Assembly (NCBI GenBank): GCA_043826845.1
Contig: JBDRPR010000561.1
Location: 1-34,530 of the forward strand
Direction: 5' to 3'
DNA: 34,530 nucleotides
From: Bacteroidota bacterium
GTDB taxonomy: Bacteria; Bacteroidota; Bacteroidia; Bacteroidales; CAYTAU01
This document shows positions 10,120 through 18,522 of the stretch, one piece after another; positions within the stretch are counted from its first letter, which is position 1, and every line of letters starts with the position of its first letter. The notes under the pieces are model-generated. The model was not told the DNA's origin. It did no database searches and saw only the letters and a program-made list of their open reading frames with translations. The position numbers and the translations under genes were made by a program.

Positions 10120-10287
10120 AGAAACTGTTTTGAATTTGTTGATAAATGTTGTTTTTCTTTGTTAGGATTTAGTGCCTTGGTGTTTTAGTGGCTATTTTTT
10201 CTGCCACAAAGGCTCAAAGACACAAAGATTCACCAAAATATAATAGCCTTAATTATAATTATTTATATAATTTCAAAACAGTTTCTT
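10120..10287. repeat. Intergenic element bracketed by a perfect 15-bp inverted repeat, with an internally palindromic short-period repeat core
   Basis: agaaactgttttgaa (10120-10134) is the exact reverse complement of ttcaaaacagtttct (10273-10287), with 138 bp between them. The core (about 10162-10234) has TTT(A)GTG(G/C)C-like ~8-nt units on the left arm. Their reverse complements (gccacaaa ggctcaaa gacacaaa) lie on the right arm, around a gtggc/gccac hairpin (10188-10192 / 10203-10207). Confidence 0.7.
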
Positions 10288-10291
10288 AATT

Positions 10292-11350
10292 ATGACTGAA
10301 ACTTATAATAATATACCATTTTTTTTTATAATCGGAAGACCAAGATCAGGGACTACACTATTACAGTCTTTGTTTGATGCTCACCCAAACGTTATTATTC
10401 CTCCGGAAAGTCCGGTCATAGTAAACCTGTTCAATCGCTATGGCAAATCTTCTAAAGTTGAATCATTTATGCCTGAAAAACTGATTAGTGACCTAAAATC
10501 AATAAGAAAGTTTAGTATGTGGCCTATTGATGAGATAAGGTTGAAGTCAGAACTTCAAAACTTTAATGGCAATTTTCAGGAACTTATAAAAACAGTTTAT
10601 TCATCTTACAAATCTCCCTTTACAAAAAACAACATAAATATATTTGGTGATAAAAATCCAATTTATTCGTTATTTCTTAAGAAAATCACAAGAATTATTC
10701 CTGATGCAAAAATTATATATATAATTCGTGATTACAGGGATCATATTCTGTCGACAAAACGTGTTAAATTGCTACTTGAAAGCACTACGATAATTGCATA
10801 TCGATGGAAAAAATCCCTGATTGCCATAAATAAACTAAAAACAAAATATCCTGATAAATTTTTCACCATTCGTTATGAAGACTTTGTAGAAAACCCGGTT
10901 ACTGAAATGAAGAAGATGTGTGAATTTCTGAATATTGATTTTTTTCCTGATGTTTTTGATTATTACAAAAAAGAACCGGTTTTTTATGATAAAATGAACA
11001 GAGAAGCTTTCGATTTGTTTCATAGTGCACTATTAAAACCAATAAATAATAGTGCTGTTGGAAAGTGGAAAAGCTCTCTTTCTAAGAAAGATATTCAAAC
11101 AGCAGATTATATATGCAGAAAAAAAAGCACATTGTATGGCTATCAGCCAGAATATCTAAAAACAAATATTAAAATATTCCTTCATGTTTTACCAAGAATC
11201 ATATATATAAAGTTGCAGGAAATTCTTGGCTTTTTAATAGAATTTCTACCTTTCAGAATTAATATGAAAATTCGAGGAAAACGACCATTTTTAACAAGTA
11301 TTTTTTTAAAAATTTTTATGCCAAAAAAATATAAGAAACTGGTAAGCTGA
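10292..11350 (+). CDS. Sulfotransferase-family protein (PAPS-dependent), paralog 1
   Basis: 5'-PSB loop FFIIGRPRSGTTLL and 3'-PB segment IIYIIRDYRDHILS, which is the sulfotransferase fold signature. The hydrophobic/amphipathic C-terminal ~60 aa suggest membrane association. Confidence 0.85.
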   Translation: MTETYNNIPFFFIIGRPRSGTTLLQSLFDAHPNVIIPPESPVIVNLFNRYGKSSKVESFMPEKLISDLKSIRKFSMWPIDEIRLKSELQNFNGNFQELIKTVYSSYKSPFTKNNINIFGDKNPIYSLFLKKITRIIPDAKIIYIIRDYRDHILSTKRVKLLLESTTIIAYRWKKSLIAINKLKTKYPDKFFTIRYEDFVENPVTEMKKMCEFLNIDFFPDVFDYYKKEPVFYDKMNREAFDLFHSALLKPINNSAVGKWKSSLSKKDIQTADYICRKKSTLYGYQPEYLKTNIKIFLHVLPRIIYIKLQEILGFLIEFLPFRINMKIRGKRPFLTSIFLKIFMPKKYKKLVS

Positions 11351-12402
11351 TGATAAAACTTCCTGAAAATATTAAAAACACTCCTGTTTTTTTTATTTTA
11401 TCCAGACCCAGAACAGGATCGACACTGCTTCGCATGTTTTTCGAAGCTCATCCTAAAGTAGCTATTCCGACTGAATGTCCAATGCTTATTGACTTGTATG
11501 TAAAATATGGGAAAATAAAAATCTGGAATGAGAAAAAAATACTGAAATTATATAAGGATCTGATTAAGCAGTGGAAATTCAAACGATGGGATACCGACTT
11601 TGAACAATTGAAAGTAAATTTGCTCAAATTAGCTGAAGGAAGCAGTTTCTCTGATTTTTATAAAACAATAAATCTAAGTTATAATTCACCATATAATAAA
11701 ACTGAAATATCAATTATAGGAGATAAAAATCCGGGATACTCAATTTATTGTAAAAAAATAATGCGAATTTTTCCTCAAGCAAAATTCATTCATCTTACAA
11801 GAGATTACCGAAATCAGATCTCTTCTGTAAAAAAATTTGATTTTGAGGCTCCATCAGTCTCCCTTCTTTCATATCGTTGGAAATTTGTATTTAACAAACT
11901 TATAAAAATGGAAATTCATCATCCGGAAAAATTCATAAGGGTAAAATATGAAAACCTGGTTGATAATCCTGACCATACAATGCAAAAAATCTGTGAGTTT
12001 CTAGAAATACCATATGATAATTCTATTCTTAATTATTATAATAATGAGAAAAAATATCTTGATAAGTACAATGATGACCTATTCAAAAAATACTTTCCCT
12101 GCTTATTCAGTCCAATTAAAGCTAGCGACTCCTTGGATAATAATAACAATCTAAGTGAATCTGAGCTTGTAAAAGCAAGTTATATTATTGGTAATTGTGC
12201 CAGATCAGCTGGTTATCAAATAATAAAAAACAAACCCGGAATCATCACAAAATTCATAGTATTATTTCCACAAATTTATGGATATAGCTGGTATCAACTT
12301 AAATATCTTTATGATTTTATGCCGTTGTCAATTAAGAAAATAATCGGATTTCCAACAATTTTCGGAATTATATACAACAAATTATTTGTAAAAAATAACT
12401 AA
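11350..12402 (+). CDS. Sulfotransferase-family protein, paralog 2
   Basis: FFILSRPRTGSTLL and FIHLTRDYRNQISS. It is collinear with paralog 1 along its whole length (roughly 40-50% identity by eye). Its ATG overlaps the upstream TGA by 1 nt (11348-11352, tgatg). Confidence 0.85.
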   Translation: MIKLPENIKNTPVFFILSRPRTGSTLLRMFFEAHPKVAIPTECPMLIDLYVKYGKIKIWNEKKILKLYKDLIKQWKFKRWDTDFEQLKVNLLKLAEGSSFSDFYKTINLSYNSPYNKTEISIIGDKNPGYSIYCKKIMRIFPQAKFIHLTRDYRNQISSVKKFDFEAPSVSLLSYRWKFVFNKLIKMEIHHPEKFIRVKYENLVDNPDHTMQKICEFLEIPYDNSILNYYNNEKKYLDKYNDDLFKKYFPCLFSPIKASDSLDNNNNLSESELVKASYIIGNCARSAGYQIIKNKPGIITKFIVLFPQIYGYSWYQLKYLYDFMPLSIKKIIGFPTIFGIIYNKLFVKNN

Positions 12403-12408
12403 TCCCTA

Positions 12409-13068
12409 TTATCCAATTAATTCAAGAACTGCTTTAATTGTTTTTTCTGCACCCTCACCTATCTGACTGATATTTGATTGTAGCATATAGCATGGAGTAG
12501 TTACAATTTTATTCTTTTCATCAACAACAATTTCTGCCGGACCGGAATTTTTATGAATGGCCCCCATTTTATTTATTGCATTTGCCGTTCCCTCTTCGTT
12601 GCCAATTGTAACTTCAACATTTCCCAGAATTTTTGCGATCAATGCCGGCGCGATGCATAAGGCAGCAATTGGTTTTTTACTATTGAACATCCCTTTTACT
12701 GCTTTTTCAGTATCAGAATCAACATTACAATCAGAGCCTTTGAATGCAAATGTTGAAAGGTTCTTAGCAGCACCAAATCCTCCAGGAAAAACTATAGCGT
12801 CATATTCATTAACATTAAAACTACTTAATGGTTCAATTTTACCGCGTGCAATCCTGGCTGATTCAACCAGAACATTCCTCTTTTCATTTGTAACTTCTCC
12901 TGTAAAATGATTTATCACATGAAACTGATCAATATCAGGAGCAAAAATCTGATATTCTGCACCCAATTTTGATATTGCATATAGAGTCAGGGTTGCTTCA
13001 TGTATTTCGGATCCGTCATATACTCCGCATCCGGAAAGTACTACAGCTATCTTCTTTTTATTATCCAT
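12409..13068 (-). CDS. elbB: ElbB-type DJ-1/PfpI-family glyoxalase
   Basis: KIAVVLSGCGVYDGSEIHEATLTLYAISKLGA...VFPGGFGAAKNLS...CIAPAL...VTTPCYM is near-collinear with E. coli ElbB as I recall it. Confidence 0.85.
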   Translation of the reverse strand: MDNKKKIAVVLSGCGVYDGSEIHEATLTLYAISKLGAEYQIFAPDIDQFHVINHFTGEVTNEKRNVLVESARIARGKIEPLSSFNVNEYDAIVFPGGFGAAKNLSTFAFKGSDCNVDSDTEKAVKGMFNSKKPIAALCIAPALIAKILGNVEVTIGNEEGTANAINKMGAIHKNSGPAEIVVDEKNKIVTTPCYMLQSNISQIGEGAEKTIKAVLELIG

Positions 13069-13271
13069 AAAACAGATTTTAAATTTCGATCGCTAATATA
13101 ATGAAAATTGGAATAATTCAAATATGAATAGATAAAAAAATTTGCATATCTCTTTAACTCGAACTAACGTTGCAATTATTATAAAAAGTACTATTCATAA
13201 AGAGACTGCTTTTTTATCAGTTTCCTGGAAATTCTTTTTAATTACATATTTTTCCTAATTACCCACGCCAG

Positions 13272-14873
13272 TTATTTAAATGTAATTTTAGCAAATCTAT
13301 GTGTTTTACCTCTTTGTCCGAACAATACCATTTCATTATCAGAAATTTGCTCACATACTTTTGGTCGCATAAGTATGTCTGCTTCTTTGGAAGAAAATAA
13401 GGCTTCTCTTGTTTGTCTGCCCTCGCTATCAAGCTCAACTAATACAACTAATGATTCTTTGCTTTTATTAAAGTTGTAAAGTTTGCCTACTCCTTTGTAA
13501 AACAAATTCTGAGGATTATCATTAAAAACAAAGTACAACTTGTCTTTTACAACAGCAAGAGCATATGATGAAAAAAATCCCCCATCGTTTGATGTTATTT
13601 GTCTTTTAGCAATTTTTTCTGTCCAATCTATAACGCCATCAGGAGACATATTTATTGCTATAATATCGTTGTAATAGTAATAATATGTTGTAGTTGTTCT
13701 GGTATTTCCGTTTGAATCCGTTGTGGTTGTTGTATGTACACGAACAAAATATTGTTCTCCTATTAATATAGCTCCACCATCGTCTCTTAAAATAATATTA
13801 TCCAGATCATATTGAAAAAGTTCAATGTCTTTACCTTTTTCTTCTTTCCTTTTTGTCATTTTTTCTTGTCTCTCAGTCATGTTTTGGGTAATAAAATCAA
13901 TACCAAATTCTTTAAAACTTTGGGTAATAATATCTTTTGTTATTCCATTTATTTTCAAGAAATAACTTCCAATAATGCTAAAAGTTCCTTCGTTTGAGTA
14001 AAAACCACCACAAATTATTTCTTGTTTATCGTTAACAATAATTTGCATATCGGTCAAAAATTTTCCTTCTAATTTCACTGGATATTCTTTCAATTCGTTG
14101 CCATTATCAAAATAGCTTAAAATATGATACTGGTAATTGGGTTCTCCATGTCTTTTTGATTTTCGTTTATCTTTATATATTAGGCCTAATAAATGAACAT
14201 TCCCTTTATTGTCAATTTCATAATCTTCTACATCAAACAATTCTTCTTTGTGTGGAAGAGTAATTTTTTTCTCCCATAATTGCTTAAAATCTTTATCGAA
14301 TACATGAAGTCCAAATTGTTCATTTTCTCCTTTATCATAAGGTAAATTGTAATATATTAATACTTTTGAACTATCACTCGATAATTCATAACTAAAACTG
14401 CCACTATTATATTTGCTGTTTCCTGAATAATCTATCTCTGCAATTTTCTTAATATCCTGATTAAGTTGAAGTGTATTTTTATTAATGCTTTGCATAAAGA
14501 GAAAATTCAACTTCAATTTTTGATTCGTAAATGAAGAAAAAATATATAATTCATCATTGAGCTGAATTAAAAATTCAAAATTTTTCTTTTTATCTTGTTC
14601 TTCCAAGTCCAATTTTATTGATTTACCTATGTTCATCTTATTATCATAAAACTCTAGAGTAAGTGTAGGATTCATGCCATACAATCCTTTGTTTTCGGTC
14701 TTAATAGCATATATCCCAATATTGTCATATCCAACAATATCGCTAAGTGTTGCCCTTTTCGACTCTTTTTGTTCATCTCCCCATAAAATATCGACTTTTT
14801 TCGATTTTATTTGTCCAAAGCAAATCAAGGCAGGAAAAAGAATAGAACTAATAATAATTATTGATTTTTTCAT
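13272..14873 (-). CDS. Secreted hypothetical protein (beta-rich, function unknown)
   Basis: 533-aa ORF with a signal peptide, MKKSIIIISSILFPALICFGQ. Beta-strand-like alternating hydrophobic patterns appear throughout. I recognise no catalytic motif. Confidence 0.7.
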   Translation of the reverse strand: MKKSIIIISSILFPALICFGQIKSKKVDILWGDEQKESKRATLSDIVGYDNIGIYAIKTENKGLYGMNPTLTLEFYDNKMNIGKSIKLDLEEQDKKKNFEFLIQLNDELYIFSSFTNQKLKLNFLFMQSINKNTLQLNQDIKKIAEIDYSGNSKYNSGSFSYELSSDSSKVLIYYNLPYDKGENEQFGLHVFDKDFKQLWEKKITLPHKEELFDVEDYEIDNKGNVHLLGLIYKDKRKSKRHGEPNYQYHILSYFDNGNELKEYPVKLEGKFLTDMQIIVNDKQEIICGGFYSNEGTFSIIGSYFLKINGITKDIITQSFKEFGIDFITQNMTERQEKMTKRKEEKGKDIELFQYDLDNIILRDDGGAILIGEQYFVRVHTTTTTDSNGNTRTTTTYYYYYNDIIAINMSPDGVIDWTEKIAKRQITSNDGGFFSSYALAVVKDKLYFVFNDNPQNLFYKGVGKLYNFNKSKESLVVLVELDSEGRQTREALFSSKEADILMRPKVCEQISDNEMVLFGQRGKTHRFAKITFK

Positions 14874-15107
14874 GTGTATATATTTTTAAATGTGCTATTT
14901 AAATTTAATATGGATTTCTTCAGTTTTCATTTCTCTGCTTGATTGCTAATTGAACTTTTTAGGGATATGCACTACTTATTTCAAAATTACATCATCCCTT
15001 TTATTGCTTATTTGTGAATAAATGTTTCATCATTATAACTATTTTTGTCTGTCAATACAGTCAGTGTCTGATTCAGAATGTTCAAGATCAAAACCTGCGA
15101 AGTTTTT

Positions 15108-15139
15108 AAAAAGCAGTCAGCTAGCTGGCGGATGACTGC
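15108..15139 (-). terminator. Candidate intrinsic terminator downstream of the outer-membrane protein gene
   Basis: A 7-bp stem, gcagtca (15113-15119) / tgactgc (15133-15139), with a 13-nt loop. On the minus strand it is followed directly by TTTTT (plus-strand aaaaa, 15108-15112). It lies ~100 nt past the stop at 15242. Confidence 0.4.
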
Positions 15140-15241
15140 GATTAAAAACGGGCATAACGCAGAACCGAACGAAGTGAGTTCACGAATACCTTTGAAAATA
15201 AAATAATATATGAGTAAATCGAACATTATGACAAACACTAT

Positions 15242-15838
15242 TTATAAAATATAACCTAATTTAATACTCACAGGAATTGCAACATTACTAATGTTATATG
15301 AATTTGTTGCGCCTCCTTTTTTAAAACGATATCCTAAGCCAACGTTGTAATCTACAACAAATCGTTTTGCAAAATTAAGTTGTAGTCCACAGTTGATTGT
15401 TATATCTGTATATACTATTGTGTTATCAATTAGATTGTAATTTCGCCTTCTATACTGAACCCCCAAATAATTTAATTCGGGGGCTTTATGTTGCAAATAA
15501 AATTTGGGATTGACCAACAAACTGTAACCGAAATCAGGGTTTTCAATTTCTGTTTCATCTTCAAAAACCTGAGGTACTTCAGGAAAATAATATGGCAACA
15601 GCAATCCAACTCCGACTTCAATACTAAATAAATTTGTCAAAGTCTTTTCGTACGATACTGGCAAATCACCATTTATTATAGCAAGGACATTGAGTTTAAC
15701 AATATTTTTCCCTTCAGAGATACCACCATCATCAAAATAATAAGAAATATCTTCAATGCTGTCATTTTGTGCTAAAAACTTATTGACTGGCAGTTGTAGA
15801 ACAAATAATGAAATAAGTACCAGATATTTTCTGTTCAT
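15242..15838 (-). CDS. Small outer-membrane beta-barrel protein (porin-family/OmpW-like size)
   Basis: Signal peptide MNRKYLVLISLFVLQLPVNKFLAQ, alternating amphipathic strands and a C-terminal SIKLGYIL strand typical of OMP barrels. Confidence 0.65.
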   Translation of the reverse strand: MNRKYLVLISLFVLQLPVNKFLAQNDSIEDISYYFDDGGISEGKNIVKLNVLAIINGDLPVSYEKTLTNLFSIEVGVGLLLPYYFPEVPQVFEDETEIENPDFGYSLLVNPKFYLQHKAPELNYLGVQYRRRNYNLIDNTIVYTDITINCGLQLNFAKRFVVDYNVGLGYRFKKGGATNSYNISNVAIPVSIKLGYIL

Positions 15839-16076
15839 TGTATATAATAATGGATGTCACGTAAAATTAACAAAATATGCTTACTCTTTAATTTTACCTC
15901 TGTTTTTTTTTAGGTCAGATGCCAGCCTGTCCGGCAGACAGGGAACCCCGAATCCTCTTTTGTGGATCGCTACAGGCAACTGCTCGAAAAAGTCAATGCC
16001 CTTATAATATGATTCATATTTTTAAGCTTAACCCACATATCTTCTTTTATTCCAATAATTTATTTAGGCATTAAAG

Positions 16077-17354
16077 TTATTCAATACTTATTGATTTTTC
16101 AGCATCAATCAGCTTGTATAATTTGTCAGATCTGCGGATTAGAGTTTCGATCGGGATTGAGCATCTTTCTCCTTTTTTTACATGATTAACAGATTTCATG
16201 TCAACGCGTATTTCTTTAACAACAGTTTCAACAACTCCGGTAGTAGTACCTATAATCAGTACTTCATCCCCGACATCAAGACTGCCGGTTTCAATTAAAA
16301 ATTCTCCCACATTTAAGTTTGAGAAATAATTTGTTGTTTTTGCAATATACACTTTTCTCTTTGTAGCAAAAGAACCGTACCTGTTGCTCCACTCTCCAAG
16401 TTTTTGTCCAAGATAATAGCCATCCCAAAAACCACGATTAAATACTTTTTCCAGCTTAGTATTCCAATTATTAATTTTGTCTTCACTATAAGTACTTTCC
16501 AATATTGAATCAACAGCTTCACGATAACATTTTGTGACAGTTTTAACGTATTCAGGAGAACGGGCACGTCCTTCAATTTTCAGTACTGTAGCTCCTGAAT
16601 CAAGAATTTTATTTAAAAAATGAATTGTTTTTAAGTCTTTGGGTGACATAATATACTCATTATCTACTTCAATTTCATTTTCCGATTCTTTCTCTCTGAC
16701 AATGTATGCTTTTCTGCATGTTTGAAGACATTGTCCACGATTTGCAGAATGATTCATCTCATGAAGGCTTAAATAGCATTTGCCGCTAACAGCCATGCAT
16801 AGTGCCCCGTGAATAAACATTTCGATACGAACAGGCTTTCCTCCGGGTCCGGTAATTTTTTCAATGATTATCCTATCATGAATTTTTTTGACCTGATTTA
16901 GATTTAATTCTCTGGCTAAAACAATCACATCGCAGTACCGGGCATAGAATTTTAATGCTTCAATATTGCTGATATTTAATTGGGTGCTAGCATGAACATT
17001 CACATTGCATGACCTACAGTACTGAATGGTTGCAATATCTGATGCAATTACAGCAGTTATATCATTTATTAAAGCAGCATCAATTATTTTTTTCATTGTG
17101 TCAATATCCTCATCATAAATAATTGTATTGACTGTAAGATATGTTTTGACTTTATTTTCTTTGCATATTCTTGTTATTTCTGCAAGGTCATCAATAGTAA
17201 AATTGATTGATGATTTTGACCTCATATTCAGTTTTTCAATTCCAAAATAAACCGAACCTGCTCCTGCCTGGATTGCTGAAGCAAGCGATTCAAATGAACC
17301 TGCCGGCGACATAATTTCAATTTCAGGTTCTTTTGGAGATAACATATATGACAA
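16077..17354 (-). CDS. Peptidase U32-family protein
   Basis: EIMSPAGSFESLASAIQAGAGSVYFG N-terminus (TIM-barrel U32 signature), the conserved E-x-F-x-H-G-A-x-C motif (EMFIHGALCMAVSGKCYLS) and the Cys cluster CLQTCR. Confidence 0.9.
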   Translation of the reverse strand: MSYMLSPKEPEIEIMSPAGSFESLASAIQAGAGSVYFGIEKLNMRSKSSINFTIDDLAEITRICKENKVKTYLTVNTIIYDEDIDTMKKIIDAALINDITAVIASDIATIQYCRSCNVNVHASTQLNISNIEALKFYARYCDVIVLARELNLNQVKKIHDRIIIEKITGPGGKPVRIEMFIHGALCMAVSGKCYLSLHEMNHSANRGQCLQTCRKAYIVREKESENEIEVDNEYIMSPKDLKTIHFLNKILDSGATVLKIEGRARSPEYVKTVTKCYREAVDSILESTYSEDKINNWNTKLEKVFNRGFWDGYYLGQKLGEWSNRYGSFATKRKVYIAKTTNYFSNLNVGEFLIETGSLDVGDEVLIIGTTTGVVETVVKEIRVDMKSVNHVKKGERCSIPIETLIRRSDKLYKLIDAEKSISIE

Positions 17355-17478
17355 TTGAGTGTTAGTAAATTATTTTTATGTATTGGTTTCTTGTTACTTG
17401 TCACTGGTTGCTTGTCTCTGGTCTAATAGCTACCAGCCATCCAAGATCAACTCCCATCAATTTTCTTCATTAATTAAC

Positions 17479-18483
17479 TTAACCTGCATTATATCTAATC
17501 ATTGACAATTTATCAAATAATTTGTTTTTATCTATAGGAACAACACCAGACTTTTCACATACAAGACCTCCAGCCATGTTGGAAATCTCAGCAATTTCCT
17601 TTATATCAAGCCCGACTGATAAACACAATGCTGCCAGACTAATAACAGTATCTCCTGCCCCTGAAACATCTGCTATGTCTCTTATCTGTGCAGGGATTCT
17701 GTTATAAACTTTTCCATCAGTAATAAAAACTCCGAGTTCTGATAATGTTACAAAAACATATTCAGCATTCATCCTGGTTTTTATTTTCTGTGCAACTTTA
17801 AATATGCCATCGTAATCATCCTTATGCAAATCAGTTTTTGATCCTTCAACCATTTCCTTAAAATTTGGCTTAAATAATGTTACTCCATTATAAAAACTAT
17901 AATTCCGCTTTTTCGGATCCACTGCTGATTGGACATTGTATTTATTACAAAGATCAATTACTTTTTTTATCAAGTCCTCTGTTATCACACCTTTATCATA
18001 ATCCTGAAAAATTACAACATCAATGCTTTGCTTTTTAAATATCTTTAAAATAATATCATAAAGAAGATTCTCTTCTTTCTTTGAAATCAGCACAGTATCC
18101 TCATCATCAATTCTCAGCAGATGATTATTATTGCTGATTACTCTTGTTTTTACAGTTGTTTTCCTTTTGTCGCTGATCAGTAATCCATAATCATCCATTT
18201 TGTTTTTTTTCAGCATTTTAGAGAAAATTTTTCCTTTTTCATCATCTCCTATTACAGAGCAAATAATAGGACAAGCCCCCATCGATTTTATATTAAGTGC
18301 AACATTCGCTGCACCTCCCAAACGATTTTCCCTGCTGGTAATAGAAACCACAGGAACAGGAGCCTCAGGTGAAATTCTTTCAACTTTCCCCCAAATATAC
18401 TGGTCAACCATAACATCTCCTACAATGAGAATGTTTTTGGTTATAAATGATTCAAAAATTGATTTTAAATGCTTTTTATCCAT
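17479..18483 (-). CDS. rfaE: D-glycero-beta-D-manno-heptose-7-phosphate kinase (RfaE/HldE domain I, PfkB family), monofunctional
   Basis: ILIVGDVMVDQYIWGKVERISPEAPVPVV...RLGGAANVALN and C-terminal DVSGAGDTV (PfkB anion hole/catalytic Asp). 334 aa, with no adenylyltransferase domain. Confidence 0.8.
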   Translation of the reverse strand: MDKKHLKSIFESFITKNILIVGDVMVDQYIWGKVERISPEAPVPVVSITSRENRLGGAANVALNIKSMGACPIICSVIGDDEKGKIFSKMLKKNKMDDYGLLISDKRKTTVKTRVISNNNHLLRIDDEDTVLISKKEENLLYDIILKIFKKQSIDVVIFQDYDKGVITEDLIKKVIDLCNKYNVQSAVDPKKRNYSFYNGVTLFKPNFKEMVEGSKTDLHKDDYDGIFKVAQKIKTRMNAEYVFVTLSELGVFITDGKVYNRIPAQIRDIADVSGAGDTVISLAALCLSVGLDIKEIAEISNMAGGLVCEKSGVVPIDKNKLFDKLSMIRYNAG

Positions 18484-18522
18484 ATACTGAAAATTTATAC
18501 AAAGAAAATAAATATTTTACAT

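Noticed and set aside
15008-15238. 76-aa ORF on the minus strand
   Set aside because: It reads straight through the GC-rich hairpin island and has odd composition with no start context. It is most likely an artefact of the repeat, not a gene.
15756-16007. 83-aa ORF on the plus strand
   Set aside because: It overlaps the 5' end of the OMP gene in antisense and then runs through the second GC-rich island. I judge it spurious.
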